Shown in pieces: positions 52,171 to 63,010 of a stretch of 64,000 nt of DNA. The translations under genes were made by a program, and so were the position numbers. Source of the DNA: Vicugna vicugna (lineage: Eukaryota). Where the stretch lies: positions 6,696,302 through 6,760,301 of the forward strand of contig MU058065.1 of the NCBI GenBank assembly GCA_013265495.1, given 5' to 3'. Every line of letters starts with the position of its first letter. Position 1 is the stretch's first letter. Under the pieces are notes generated by a model. That model had not been told where the DNA came from. It searched no databases and saw nothing but the letters and a program-made list of their open reading frames with translations.

Positions 52171-52363
52171 TCACGACTGCACCCCGGACCCAGCTTCAGG
52201 AGATGGGGCATGATGGGAGGAGGCCCTGAACCTCTGGCTCTTATACTCGCCCGTGTTGGATGCCCGCATGTTCTGCCGAGCCTTCATCTGCTTCAAACGG
52301 TCCTTGTCCACTTCCCGCTTGGTGAGGATGAAGAGGAGGATACCACAGGGGAAGCCGATGGCC
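52171..52363 (-). CDS. PNKD: PNKD short-isoform (MR-1S) terminal coding exon (193 nt including TGA)
   Basis: (W)AIGFPCGILLFILTKREVDKDRLKQMKARQNMR...GSGVQS*; 67+169+193=429 nt = 142 aa. Confidence 0.93.
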
Positions 52364-53425
52364 CTAGGGGTGGGGAAATGTGCACGGGATTTGGGGAGGG
52401 GCCAAGCCTGAGCCAGAGGAGCTGGGGAGAATCTCATTCTAGCCTCATCAATCGCTCGAACGCTGCAATACCACTTGCGTCTATTCAGCCTCTGCCATGG
52501 CTGCTGGAGGGCCCCACTTGAATCAGATCCTGCCACTGCCCTGCTTAAAATGCTGTAATAGCTCTCCATCATTTCCTGGCCAAGTTTAAACTCCTAGGCA
52601 TGGCACAAAATGCCCAGTGTTGTTGGGTCTCTGCCCACCTCGTCATTACTTTCCCCTAGACACTGGTTACTCCTCAGTATGAGCCCTGCCATCCTGCCGT
52701 ACCGACTGTGCCAGACTCTCCAGACAGCTCATCCTCTTTACCTCCCCAACTCTTGGCAAAGATTTCCCTCTGTCTAAACTGCCTCACACCCCCTTGCAGA
52801 CTCCGCTCCTTAACTGAGTGACCACTGTGTGGAAAGCGCTGAGGTGTGGGGAAAGGGCATGGGGTCACAAGACCTGGTGAGAATCCAGCTTTGAGCTTCA
52901 GTTCCCTCCTCTATGAAATGGGGGTGTCATATTTATCTCAGAAAGATGAAAACATTACACTGTAAAGTACTGGCACACCTCAGGTGCTAGAAAAAAATGT
53001 CAATTTCCCTCTCCTTTTCCTTTAACATTGATCAATAACACGCATTAAGATGAGAGTCAGATCCAAGTAACAATGCACTGAACACCTTGTAGGTGCTACT
53101 ATACAGCTAATATAATCTTGTGTGATCTCGATTAGCTGAAAGATCTCAATTGGGTCTCACCCCAAGCTCCCAAAGAGAGGATGAGGCCAGGAACCCAAAT
53201 CTGAATCAGATTAGCTCAGCTTACTCCACAGAAAACACTGTCTTTCCAATTCCACATCCTTTTCCACTCCCCTACCCCAGTCCTCTGAGATTCCAGTCCT
53301 CACACCCAGCAACTGTCCCCACAACCTTGGATTCACCTCACCACCTGAAACTTGGAGAAGTTTCTGGGTCCCGCCCTCCCCTAGTGCCACTCCCCATTGG
53401 TGGGCAAAGGGTTAGTTAAAACTCA

Positions 53426-53617
<192 letters not shown>

Positions 53618-54347
53618 TCAGTAAGAGAGGATGAGAAAGAAAGCCCGGGGAGGAGTGGTTGAGATATGAGAAAGGGGAGTGACTGCCGTTTGGAGTAACA
53701 AGTGCCAGGAAGAGTCCAGAGGGAAATGGGAAAATCGCCATCGAGGTGGCACCTTTGAAAGCCACTTCCACGTCACTGCGGGCTTATCACCCTGGTGCCA
53801 GGAGAGCGAGCTTCGCTGTTCTTCATCTCCTCAGACGACAGGATGTGAAGGACTACAGTGGGGCTCACATGAGGCGTATGAAGGAAATCCGAGAAAAGGT
53901 TTTCAAACTGCAGAATGTTAGCACTGGCTTAAAGATAGTCTACTCCATCCCCTCATTTTATAGAAGAGGAAACTGAAGCCCCAAGAGACGAACTGCTTCG
54001 CCCAAGGTCAAACTGCTAATTATCAGGGGCTAGAACCCAAGCCTCCAGAAGCCCAGGGCTCTTTCCTCTGCAGTGCGGTGAGTGTGAAACACCTGGAGCG
54101 CGGGAGTCTAAAAGGCTTCCTTGGGGCTCCCTTTCGCAGCAAGACCCCAGAGGTGTCGTGTAACCGGAAGGCTGAGGGATGGGCTGGGTGACCTCTAAAG
54201 AGCATCTTTTAGCCCCCAGACTCTTTTAAGATCCTGCAGAGAGGTGCGGGCAGCAATCGACAGCCCTGACATCCTGCTATCGTCGAGCGGGATGTGAAAA
54301 AAGGGGATTCCCTGCAGTCCTGCCCTCCCCGGGGTCCCTCTCCTTAC

Positions 54348-54414
54348 CCCGGAGGACGCGGGCATTTCTTGCCCCCCGGCCCTTCAGCGCCGTAGCAGCT
54401 ACCACCGCCGCCAT
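54348..54414 (-). CDS. PNKD: PNKD exon 1 coding part (67 nt), mitochondrial-targeting-like N-terminus
   Basis: MAAVVAATALKGRGARNARVLR; G|gtaagg donor; Ala7 and Ala9 present. Confidence 0.95.
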
Positions 54415-54863
54415 GTTCAGATCCCACCCCCCCTTCACCGCACTCCCCGCTGGGAATTGTAGTTTGCGTAAGGGGCCTCCCCCGCTCCTTTCGTCCGGCC
54501 TACAGACCAGAAACTACAACTCCCAGAAGCCCGCGGAGCGGACCAGAGAGAACTACTCTTCCCAGGAGACTCCAGAGGCGCGCACGCTCGCTTGTTTCCC
54601 TCCTGTTGGGGGCGGAGACTGGTCGGGCGGAGTTTGGTTGCTCCCTGCCACGCCCCGTCCCCCTCTCCCAACTCTGCCCTGTGATTGGTGGTTCATCCAG
54701 TTAAACCCCTTCTCTATTGGTCGAGAGCCCGTCGTTCTCATTGCCGGGGAGTCGCCTACGCCTACTTCCTCCCGGGAGGAGGGGCTCGTGTTCCGCGTCG
54801 TCGCGCAGAGCTGACTCTGGGAGGCGTTTAGGCCCAGAGAAGTGGATCTGCCGCTTGCGCCGC
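54415..54863. promoter_or_regulatory. Bidirectional CpG promoter PNKD/AAMP
   Basis: 449 bp between the divergent ATGs; ACTACAAnTCCCA-type motifs at 54451-54463 (-), 54513-54525 (+) and a degenerate one at 54552-54564; GC boxes 54608-54632; inverted CCAAT boxes at ~54684 and ~54716. Confidence 0.9.
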
Positions 54864-54984
54864 ATGGAGTCCGAATCGGAAAGCGGGGCCGCCGCTGACA
54901 CCCCACCACTGGAGACCCTAAGCTTCCATGGTGATGAAGAGATTATCGAGGTGGTAGAACTGGATCCAGGTCCGCCAGACCCGG
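54864..54984 (+). CDS. AAMP: AAMP exon 1 coding part (121 nt)
   Basis: [41 protein letters not shown]|gtgag donor. Confidence 0.96.
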
Positions 54985-55440
54985 GTGAGAGCTGCTGATC
55001 CTCAGGCCATGGGACCGGAGGCGCTCACCTCTGGCCTTTGACCCCCTGCTTCTCCCCCTCCCCTCCCCACCGGTCATTCCTACCGGCCTCCTTCGCCCTT
55101 CCTCTCTCCTCCAACCCCACACTTAGTTCACAGGCCTGGCGGGGGTGGGGGTTCCCCTGACGCCTCCTCTGGCCCTTCCCCTCACACACCCCCTTCCCAT
55201 CATCCCCTTGGTCCTCCCTTCCCACACTGTCTCTGGCCAACCCCAGGTCCTCGGACCTCTCCTGTCCTCCGCCCCACACGCCCCCTCCTCCTTGCCGCTT
55301 CTCACCCCCGCTTGACCTCATCTGTCTGATCTCACCTTACCCCCTTGCCACATGATCCTCCGCAGCCTCGGGCTTCCCCACACTTCCCATCCCTCTTACC
55401 GCCTGGCAAGCACCATCTTTTAACCCTCTCCCCAAAGCAG

Positions 55441-55593
55441 ACGATCTGGCCCAGGAGATGGAAGATGTGGACTTTGAAGAAGAGGAAGAAGAAGAGGGCA
55501 ATGAGGAGGGCTGGGTTCTGGAACCCCAGGAAGGGGTGGTCGGCAGCATGGAGGGCCCAGACGATAGCGAGGTCACCTTTGCATTGCACTCGG
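55441..55593 (+). CDS. AAMP: AAMP exon 2 (153 nt; alternative start 55438)
   Basis: [51 protein letters not shown] acidic region. Confidence 0.95.
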
Positions 55594-56304
55594 GTAGGTC
55601 TCTGAGGAGATCGTCATAAACTTAGTCCAGGTGGGCACTTGAGCATCAGACATCTACTGTGTAGGGAGTAGTATGAGGGACACTGGTGGGAAAATGCTGG
55701 CCTTGCCCTGGAGGTAGGGGGCAGTATGATGGAATGGAGAAGGGCTTGGCTCCTGGAGTCAGTTGAGACACTTGGGTTCAAATCCTGTCTCTGCTACTTG
55801 CCTATTTATGATCTTTATTAAAGTGCCTGAGCTTTAGTTTCCTTTTAAAGAGTTGTCACTGGTGAAAGTCAATAAACGTTCCTTTAGTGTGAATTAGAGG
55901 TAGTACTTTTTGGAGCATATTTTAGATAATTCTCTTAAATATTAGCTCCTAATGAGGAACCAGTAACACTGTACTCTCCTCACTCAGTCCCCAGCCTGGT
56001 GGCATCCCATGCTGAGAACTGTAAGCCCTGCACGTGTATCCTCTTTTGTCCCTGGTGTCAGTGTTGGGTGGTGAAGGGAGTGGCACTGAAGGGGGCTCTG
56101 CTTTGGAGAAGGACTTAGAGTTTGGGAAACTTGGGGAGGGATTTCTCCAACAACCTTGAAATGCAGAAGAACTTGGATGCATCCTTCTTTTCCAGGAAGA
56201 AAGACATGTTGCTTTGGGTGGAAGGGGGTGGGCTTCCCAAAGTTCCCGAAGGACAAAACCCTAGGTGGGAGCCCCATCCCCTTACGGAGTATCTCTTGGG
56301 ACAG

Positions 56305-56424
56305 CGTCTGTGTTTTGTGTGAGCCTGGACCCCAAGACCAACACCTTGGCGGTGACAGGGGGTGAAGATGACAAAGCCTTCGTGTGGAGGCTCAGCGATG
56401 GGGAACTGCTGTTTGAATGTGCAG
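56305..56424 (+). CDS. AAMP: AAMP exon 3 (120 nt), WD40
   Basis: [40 protein letters not shown]. Confidence 0.95.
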
Positions 56425-56952
56425 GTGAGGGGACCTGGGGGAGGTCCTTCCCCTTTGGTGGTCGCAGGGGCTGGCCTGCAGTGGTTGCGAATCTAACAGC
56501 CTTTTATTGACTCCTGTTTTGCCAGCTCTGTACTTGGCCCAAGGGCCCCAAAGAGGAATAACATAGTCTGTTGTGGGCACAGGGAGGGAGGCACTAATTG
56601 GTCAGAGGAATCTGGGAAAGGCCTGGGAGGAGGAGTACTGGGAAGTGAAGGAGTATTAGGGCAGAATGGAGCTTGTGGGTATTTCAGTCAGAGGTATGGA
56701 GTAGACAGAATGGAGAAGATATAGGCCTTGGCTACACATGGTTGAGTTGGGGGCCAGCAGTGTCTCTCCTGGGGACACCTGGGGGTGTTGGCTCCTGGAG
56801 TGACTCTGAGTTTGTTACCTGTTCTGCTGGGACCTACCCCCCTTATTTTTTTCCCCAGCTGGTCCTTTCCGGGAGCCAGATACCTGGGTCTTGTGTCCCC
56901 AGCACCAGATATCCTGAGGTTCTCTTTTCGTTCTGCCCACTTTTTTTTGCAG

Positions 56953-57092
56953 GCCATAAAGACTCTGTGACTTGTGCTGGTTTCAGCCATGACTCTACCC
57001 TGGTGGCCACAGGGGACATGAGTGGCCTCTTGAAAGTGTGGCAGGTGGACACCAAGGAGGAGGTCTGGTCTTTCGAAGCAGGAGATCTGGAG
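56953..57092 (+). CDS. AAMP: AAMP exon 4 (140 nt), WD40
   Basis: [47 protein letters not shown]. Confidence 0.96.
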
Positions 57093-57330
57093 GTGAGATC
57101 AGTGGAGGGCCAGGGGTAGGGATGAGGGCTTGGGGGTCCAGTCCCACCCCGACGCCAGGCCAGGCCAGCCCTGAGCCACTGCACTCCCACAGTACAGCAA
57201 GAACATCTGAACCCGTTCCCTGGGATGTCCCTGCTGACTCAGAAGCAGGGAAAGCTTGGTGGGGCTCATGGGGCAGACTCCTAGGTGAGATGGGGTGAAG
57301 GGTCTTCCTGCTGACCCTTTCTCTGCCCAG

Positions 57331-57475
57331 TGGATGGAGTGGCACCCTCGGGCACCTGTCCTACTGGCGGGCACAGCTGATGGCAACACCTGGATGTGGA
57401 AGGTCCCGAATGGTGACTGCAAGACCTTTCAGGGCCCCAACTGCCCAGCCACCTGTGGCCGAGTCCTCCCTGACG
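57331..57475 (+). CDS. AAMP: AAMP exon 5 (145 nt)
   Basis: [48 protein letters not shown]. Confidence 0.96.
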
Positions 57476-57659
57476 GTGAGAGCAGCTCCCGTGAGTGCAG
57501 AGAGCTGGGCGCCAGGGTTGCACACCTCCCTGGCTCCCTTTTGGGCCACCGCCAGCAAACTCTGAGGCCTGTTTTTCTACCCCACCTCCCCTATTCCCTG
57601 GCCTGATGTGTTTGAGGGTGCCATCTGTCCTCTCTTCATCGACGTCTCTGGCACTCTAG

Positions 57660-57743
57660 GGAAGCGAGCTGTGGTCGGCTATGAAGATGGCACCATCAGG
57701 ATTTGGGACCTGAAGCAGGGAAACTCTATTCATGTACTGAAAG
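57660..57743 (+). CDS. AAMP: AAMP exon 6 (84 nt)
   Basis: [28 protein letters not shown]. Confidence 0.95.
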
Positions 57744-57835
57744 GTATCAGAAGTGGGTTAATCGAGGCCTTTATAGGGAAGGGGCTGAGACCTGGGGCAG
57801 GATGAAGTCTGACTTATCCCCCTACTTCATCCTAG

Positions 57836-57951
57836 GGACTGAGGGTCACCAGGGCCCTCTGACCTGTGTCGCCACCAACCAGGACGGCAGCCTGATCCTA
57901 ACTGGCTCGGTGGACTGCCAGGCCAAGCTGGTCAGTGCCACCACAGGCAAG
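57836..57951 (+). CDS. AAMP: AAMP exon 7 (116 nt)
   Basis: [39 protein letters not shown]. Confidence 0.95.
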
Positions 57952-58111
57952 GTGAGTGGGGCCTGGAGCCTGGCTGTGGGGCCCTCTGCTTTCTACATCT
58001 CCTCTCCTTCCTTTTTTATTCTTCACTCTGCCTCCTCGCCTCACCATCTTTCTTCTCTATTCGAGGACCAAGTTTCCAGGCCTTTCTCTGATCCCCTCCT
58101 CTGGCTCATAG

Positions 58112-58215
58112 GTAGTGGGCGTTTTCAGACCTGAGACCGTGGCCTCCCAGCCCAACCTGGGAGAAGGCGAGGAGAGTGAGTCCAACTCAGTGGAGTCCTT
58201 GGGCTTCTGCAGTGT
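58112..58215 (+). CDS. AAMP: AAMP exon 8 (104 nt)
   Basis: [34 protein letters not shown](V). Confidence 0.94.
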
Positions 58216-58354
58216 GTGAGTGTGAGCAGGGCCTCGGCCTGGAGACAAGAGCAGGGGGGTTGGGGAAGGGGGACTGGGCTAGGGGACCCTAGAGGACCAA
58301 AGGGCACTGAGTCCTGGTCCCTCACGGGCCATCGTGATGCTCTGCTCTGCCCAG

Positions 58355-58445
58355 GATGCCCCTGGCAGCTGTTGGCTACCTGGATGGGACCTTGGCCATC
58401 TATGACCTGTCTACACAGACCCTCAGGCACCAGTGTCAGCACCAG
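58355..58445 (+). CDS. AAMP: AAMP exon 9 (91 nt)
   Basis: [30 protein letters not shown]. Confidence 0.95.
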
Positions 58446-58649
58446 GTACAGGCAGCCTGGAGCCATGGCCACGGCTGTGGGGAAGCTTAGGTCTCTGGGA
58501 GCACTTAGCCCAGACCTGGCTGTCTGGTTTTTCCCTGTGACCCATCATCTATCCGTCCCTCCCTCCCTCACTTTCTGAGAGTTGGGAGCAGATGCCTGTC
58601 AGCTCTGCCGCCCCTGACCCTGCCCCGCCCCTGTCATCCCCTGCTGTAG

Positions 58650-58804
58650 TCGGGCATTGTGCAGCTGCTATGGGAGGCAGGCACCGCCGTGGTTTATACA
58701 TGCAGCCTGGACGGCATCGTGCGCCTTTGGGATGCTCGGACTGGCCGCCTGCTTACTGACTACCGGGGTCACACGGCTGAGATCCTGGACTTTGCCCTCA
58801 GCAA
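58650..58804 (+). CDS. AAMP: AAMP exon 10 (155 nt)
   Basis: [51 protein letters not shown](K). Confidence 0.96.
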
Positions 58805-59217
58805 GTAAGTGCCTTGGGCAAGGGCTGGGGTCTCTGTATATTTAGAAGATGGGAATAGTATACAGGGGGCCACAGGGGCTTTAGGGTGTGGGAGGGGATT
58901 CCTAAGGGAAGCTGGGCTGGCCTAGGAGGCAGGAGTGCTGGGAAACCTGTAGGAGCCATGGCTTCTGTTGACAGTGTGGCTGCATCATTTGTGGGGCTCA
59001 GAGGCAGGGACTGCTTCCCCACTGCAGGCAGCTCTCCTCTGATCCCCTTCTGGTTGCTGGCTTCAAGTGTGTTCACTGGATGCGGCGGATCAGCCTAGGC
59101 ATAGGGGCCTAGAATTAAGAATCCTCTGGAGGAAGCCACCCGAGGGCCCCTGGATGGTGGGCTTGGGGTTAGGCCTTACATCCTCCATTCCCCTCAGTGT
59201 GTGCTTTCTGTCCACAG

Positions 59218-59293
59218 AGATGCCTCTCTGGTGGTGACCACATCAGGAGACCACAAAGCAAAAGTATTTTGTGTCCAGCGACCTGACCGCTAA
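59218..59293 (+). CDS. AAMP: AAMP exon 11 (76 nt including TAA); total CDS 1305 nt = 434 aa
   Basis: [24 protein letters not shown]. Confidence 0.95.
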
Positions 59294-59686
59294 TGGCTGC
59301 AGCCTCTGCTTTGTGTCTGGTGTGGAGAGGGTGCAGGGAGACCCCCCACCAGCAGAGACTATCGGGTAGGAAGGAAGAGGAGGGGAGGGGCCTCGGACTA
59401 CTTTCCAACCCCTTCAAACTGACTTGCCCCCTCTCTGTCCCTTTCTTCTCTTAAGAGACCCACCCTTCAGCCCCTCCCTTCGTCCCTCCCCCTGGCCCAG
59501 ACCTGGTGGGTCCTTCAGAGGGAGGTTCAGACCTCTTTCTCTTTCACTTCCTTTGCTGGTGTGAGCCATGAGGGTGTGTATTTGTACGTGGGCGGGTAGG
59601 TCTGTGAAGTTCCCGTTCTTTCCCTTCCCAAGTCTTTGGGGGTGGAAAGGAGGAAGAGATACTAGTTAACAGATTTTAAAAATGTA

Positions 59687-59692
59687 AATAAA
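59687..59692 (+). terminator. Poly(A) signal AATAAA of AAMP
   Basis: aataaa about 400 nt after the stop, GT-rich element (tgtgtggattttgtgttg) downstream. Confidence 0.8.
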
Positions 59693-59953
59693 ATATACTT
59701 CCCAGAGACAGTATCTGTGTGGATTTTGTGTTGGCTGGACATGGAGGAACCAGTGAGGTCAGGTTGAGGCTCCCCAGAAAATCTGCTGGATTTCAAGGTG
59801 CCTCAGCTTTTCCCCCTCAGGCGGGCATCTGTCCTCACAGTTGCCTGCCTGTCTGGAGGCAGAATTCCCTGGGTCCTCACCTGCTCAGCTGTTCTCCTGG
59901 CCCTACCTTGCTGATATACAGAATGAGATAACCATAAAGTGGGCTACAGGAGC

Positions 59954-59959
59954 TTTATT
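59954..59959 (-). terminator. Poly(A) signal AATAAA of GPBAR1
   Basis: tttatt on + strand about 125 nt past the GPBAR1 stop. Confidence 0.75.
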
Positions 59960-60084
59960 CAGTCAGGTGGGGTCAAATAGGGGCAGGGTTTCTGGTCCAG
60001 AGGCATGGAGACAAGTGGAGATGGGCTTGGAAGCTGAGATGGATGGATGGATGCTTCTAGTAGGAATGAACAGAGGCCCTTCCC

Positions 60085-61074
60085 CTAGTTCAAGTCGAGG
60101 TCCACACTGCTTTGGCTGCTGGTGTGGTAGGCTGTGCTGGGGCCAGGACTGCCCTGGGGTCTTCCCCGCAGCACCCGGAGCCACCTCTGGGCGGCCGCCC
60201 TCCAGGGGGCCGTGTAGCGCTGATCACCCAGCCCCATGGCCACGGGCACGGCTGCCGCACTGGCGCTGCCCAGCGAGATGAGGGACAGCAGAGTTCCAGG
60301 CCCCAGTGGTGGGCGCTGCTCATAGGCCAGGACGGAGAGGAGCAGGGTAGCCACGTAGGGCCCCCAGCACAGCCCGAACAGCAACGTGGCTCCAGCCTGC
60401 GCCCTTGCCTGCCTCCAGGTAAGGGCCCGGGCCAGGGCCGAGGGCGCACCGCGGCACACAGCCCGCTCCAGCCGGCGGATGTCCTGGAGCTGGCGGTGGG
60501 CGGTGACCAGCACACGGGCTGAGAGAAGGGCGGCTGCGACCACGGCAGGTAGCAGGAGCCCATAGATTTCGAGGTAGAGGTAGGGGGCTGGGAAGACGGT
60601 GTGGGAGCTGCAGTTGGCACTAGGGGCCCAGTGGTTCCAGCCCAGAGCGGGCAGGCTGGCAAAAAACAGAGGGCCAGCCCACGTGAGGAGCAGGGCCAGC
60701 CGGGTGCTCCCGCGAGGCCGCAGAGGTCGCAGCACTGCCATGTAGCGCTCCCCATGTACCAGCAGGAGGTTGGCGAGCAGAGAGAGGAAGGAGAAGTTGG
60801 GAGCCAAGTAGAGGAAGAGGCAGGACCAATAGCCCAGGTGGCTCTGGTTCCATAGGCCTGGCAGCACGGGCAGTGCCAGCCCCGTGAGCAGCCCCGCCAG
60901 CAGCAGGCTCAGGAAGAAGCAGCCAGCGGGCGGGCTGCGCAGGCGGCGGTCCCCGGCGATGCCCAGGGCCAGAAGCAGGTTGGCAGCAACGATGAGGCTT
61001 GCCAGGGCCAGGGAGAGCCCCAGGGCCCCCTCAGGAACGGGGCTGGACACCTCCCTGGTGCTGTTGGGTGTCAT
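60085..61074 (-). CDS. GPBAR1: G protein-coupled bile acid receptor 1 (TGR5), 329 aa, single coding exon; acceptor at 61120/61119
   Basis: MTPNSTREVSSPVP...; seven hydrophobic segments, ERY motif, CWGPY, C-terminus SSQSSVDLDLN*; ttccattcag acceptor 45 nt upstream of the ATG. Confidence 0.97.
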   Translation of the reverse strand: MTPNSTREVSSPVPEGALGLSLALASLIVAANLLLALGIAGDRRLRSPPAGCFFLSLLLAGLLTGLALPVLPGLWNQSHLGYWSCLFLYLAPNFSFLSLLANLLLVHGERYMAVLRPLRPRGSTRLALLLTWAGPLFFASLPALGWNHWAPSANCSSHTVFPAPYLYLEIYGLLLPAVVAAALLSARVLVTAHRQLQDIRRLERAVCRGAPSALARALTWRQARAQAGATLLFGLCWGPYVATLLLSVLAYEQRPPLGPGTLLSLISLGSASAAAVPVAMGLGDQRYTAPWRAAAQRWLRVLRGRPQGSPGPSTAYHTSSQSSVDLDLN

Positions 61075-62699
61075 CTCGGGCCTGGGGACAGGGGAGGCCT
61101 GGAGCAGCAGCAGGCATGCCTGAATGGAAGATGGGGCAGCCAGAGTTAGGGTGGGGCCACAGGTCACTGTCCTATCGGCAGGGCTGCACATTAATCCAGA
61201 GGTTGCAACTGGACTGGGGGCCATATCCTGTTTGCTGATACACATTTTTTTTTTGGTGAACTGCCAATTAAAATTTACATAAAAATTCATATTTTTAGCT
61301 TAAAAATGATCAGGTCTTGCATGGTAGCAACCAGCTGGAGCTGAGTGGTGGCTGCCTTTAGATAGCTCCCCACAGTACCTACCCAGCTACTTTGCCCCTT
61401 TCTATTATCTGCCTGGCATGCTCTGGGCAGCTGTTTATGCCTCTGTTTAGACTGAAAAGTGGACCTACCGAGCTCCAAAGCATTTTGATTATCCCTGCCA
61501 CCACCAGGCAAGGCTTCTAAATAGCTAAAAGAATAGGATGGTTGGTGTGCAGTGGTCCTCCGGCCAGACAACAGTTGATAGCCTCCTTTGGGTGGGGGCT
61601 GGGACCAGAGGCTCAGGAGTGGGTGATAAATAGAGAGTGGTCTCTGTCTTCAGATGCAGGCTGGTTGACACCAGCACATTAAGAGATGGTAGGTTGTTAA
61701 GGATTGGAGGGTAGGGGCAGGAGTCAGGCTAAGGCAGGGCTCACCGAGCACTTGCGTCAGTGATGAGGCCAGGGCAATGGGTGGCAGCAAGGGGGTGTCC
61801 TGTCCTCTGCACCTCCTCTCCATCCGCCTTGTTGCCAGTTACAGCTCAGTGAGCAGCCTCCGGGTAGGACTTCCAGCCCATAAACTTGACTCCTCTGCAC
61901 CACACTAGCAACAGGGCCCTTCCTGGGAACTGGAGGAGGGGAGGAGTTGTTGGGGGATGGGGAGGGCTGGCAATGACTGGGGAGATACCAGCAGCAAGGA
62001 GGGCTGAGGAGAGCCCAGAGAGGGAGGAACCGCTGGGCAGGGCTGGACCTCTCTGTGGCTCTGATCTGTCCTAGTCCTCCAGTGCCCCGGCCCCACGGCC
62101 ACAGGCCACATCGTGGGGATGGAGACGGGGGAGGGGTCCTAAGCCCTGTGGGAACTCCCGCTTCTGTCAACAGGGGAGCAGCTGCTGTTGCTAGGATTAA
62201 AGTCAATAAGGAAAGGATTCCTACCTGCCCCCTCCCCCAGGTCAGAGGATCAGAGGGCTAGATCAGACGTTAGAATGCTGCCCCTTCTATCCCCAGCTCC
62301 CCTCAGAACTCCCAGTTCAGCTGCGAAGCCACTGCACCCCTTACCCTCCCCTCAGCCTCTGTTTCCTCTTCCTCAATCTCCGCCAGGGTCCTCGGAACAT
62401 CTTTCTCCAGAAGCCCTCCAGTTTCTGTTCCCCTTCATCCCTGCGCTGTCAACTTTATTAAACCCCATGAGACCTCAGGGTCTGTTACTTCAAACCTGGA
62501 CTCTGGAGTCGTGGGCTGGAGCTCCCAGTCCTCCCTTGTAGTGAGTCTCCCACTCCACATCCACCGGAGCAGCAAGAAAGGCAGGGTCAGCCCTCAGGGG
62601 CGATTGCCCAGCAGTGATATGGGTATGCTGGCTATGTGACTCGCACATCCTAGAGGCTCTGGTGGCTTGGGCTGGGTGCAAGGGCCTCTCCAGGACCTG

Positions 62700-63010
62700 G
62701 GACTGAGGTCTCCTGATGTGACCTGGGGACTGGGTGGGGAGGCAGGGAGGAGCTACTCACATGGTTGTGGGGGACAGGTATTTCTCCCCAAGCCTGGGCT
62801 TTCCTCTGGGTGTCAGGGAGTTGCCGCGGCCAGCACTGCAGGGGTTCTGGTGATGTCTGGTGTCCTGACCGATGAGGGCATGGTGCCCCTACTCTGCGGG
62901 GACAGCAGGGCCCAGGACTCACCACTGCCCCGGCTCTACCCTGCCTGGGTTCCTGGAGGAATGGAGCTGAGGCTGGCAGGACTCAGCCTGGCCCCGCCTC
63001 TGGGAGGTGG
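62700..63010 (-). promoter_or_regulatory. Candidate GPBAR1 promoter / non-coding first exon
   Basis: Minus-strand gtgag donor-like sites at 62760 and 62922 (another at 61744); GC box at ~62991; position is inferred only. Confidence 0.35.

Noticed and set aside
60090..60755. 221-aa alternative-frame ORF inside GPBAR1
   Set aside because: Non-ATG start; explained by GC-rich codon usage
61075..61290. 72-aa N-terminal extension of GPBAR1 in the 401-aa ORF call
   Set aside because: It runs through a clear splice acceptor at 61120 into intron; receptor homology begins at MTPNST (61074)
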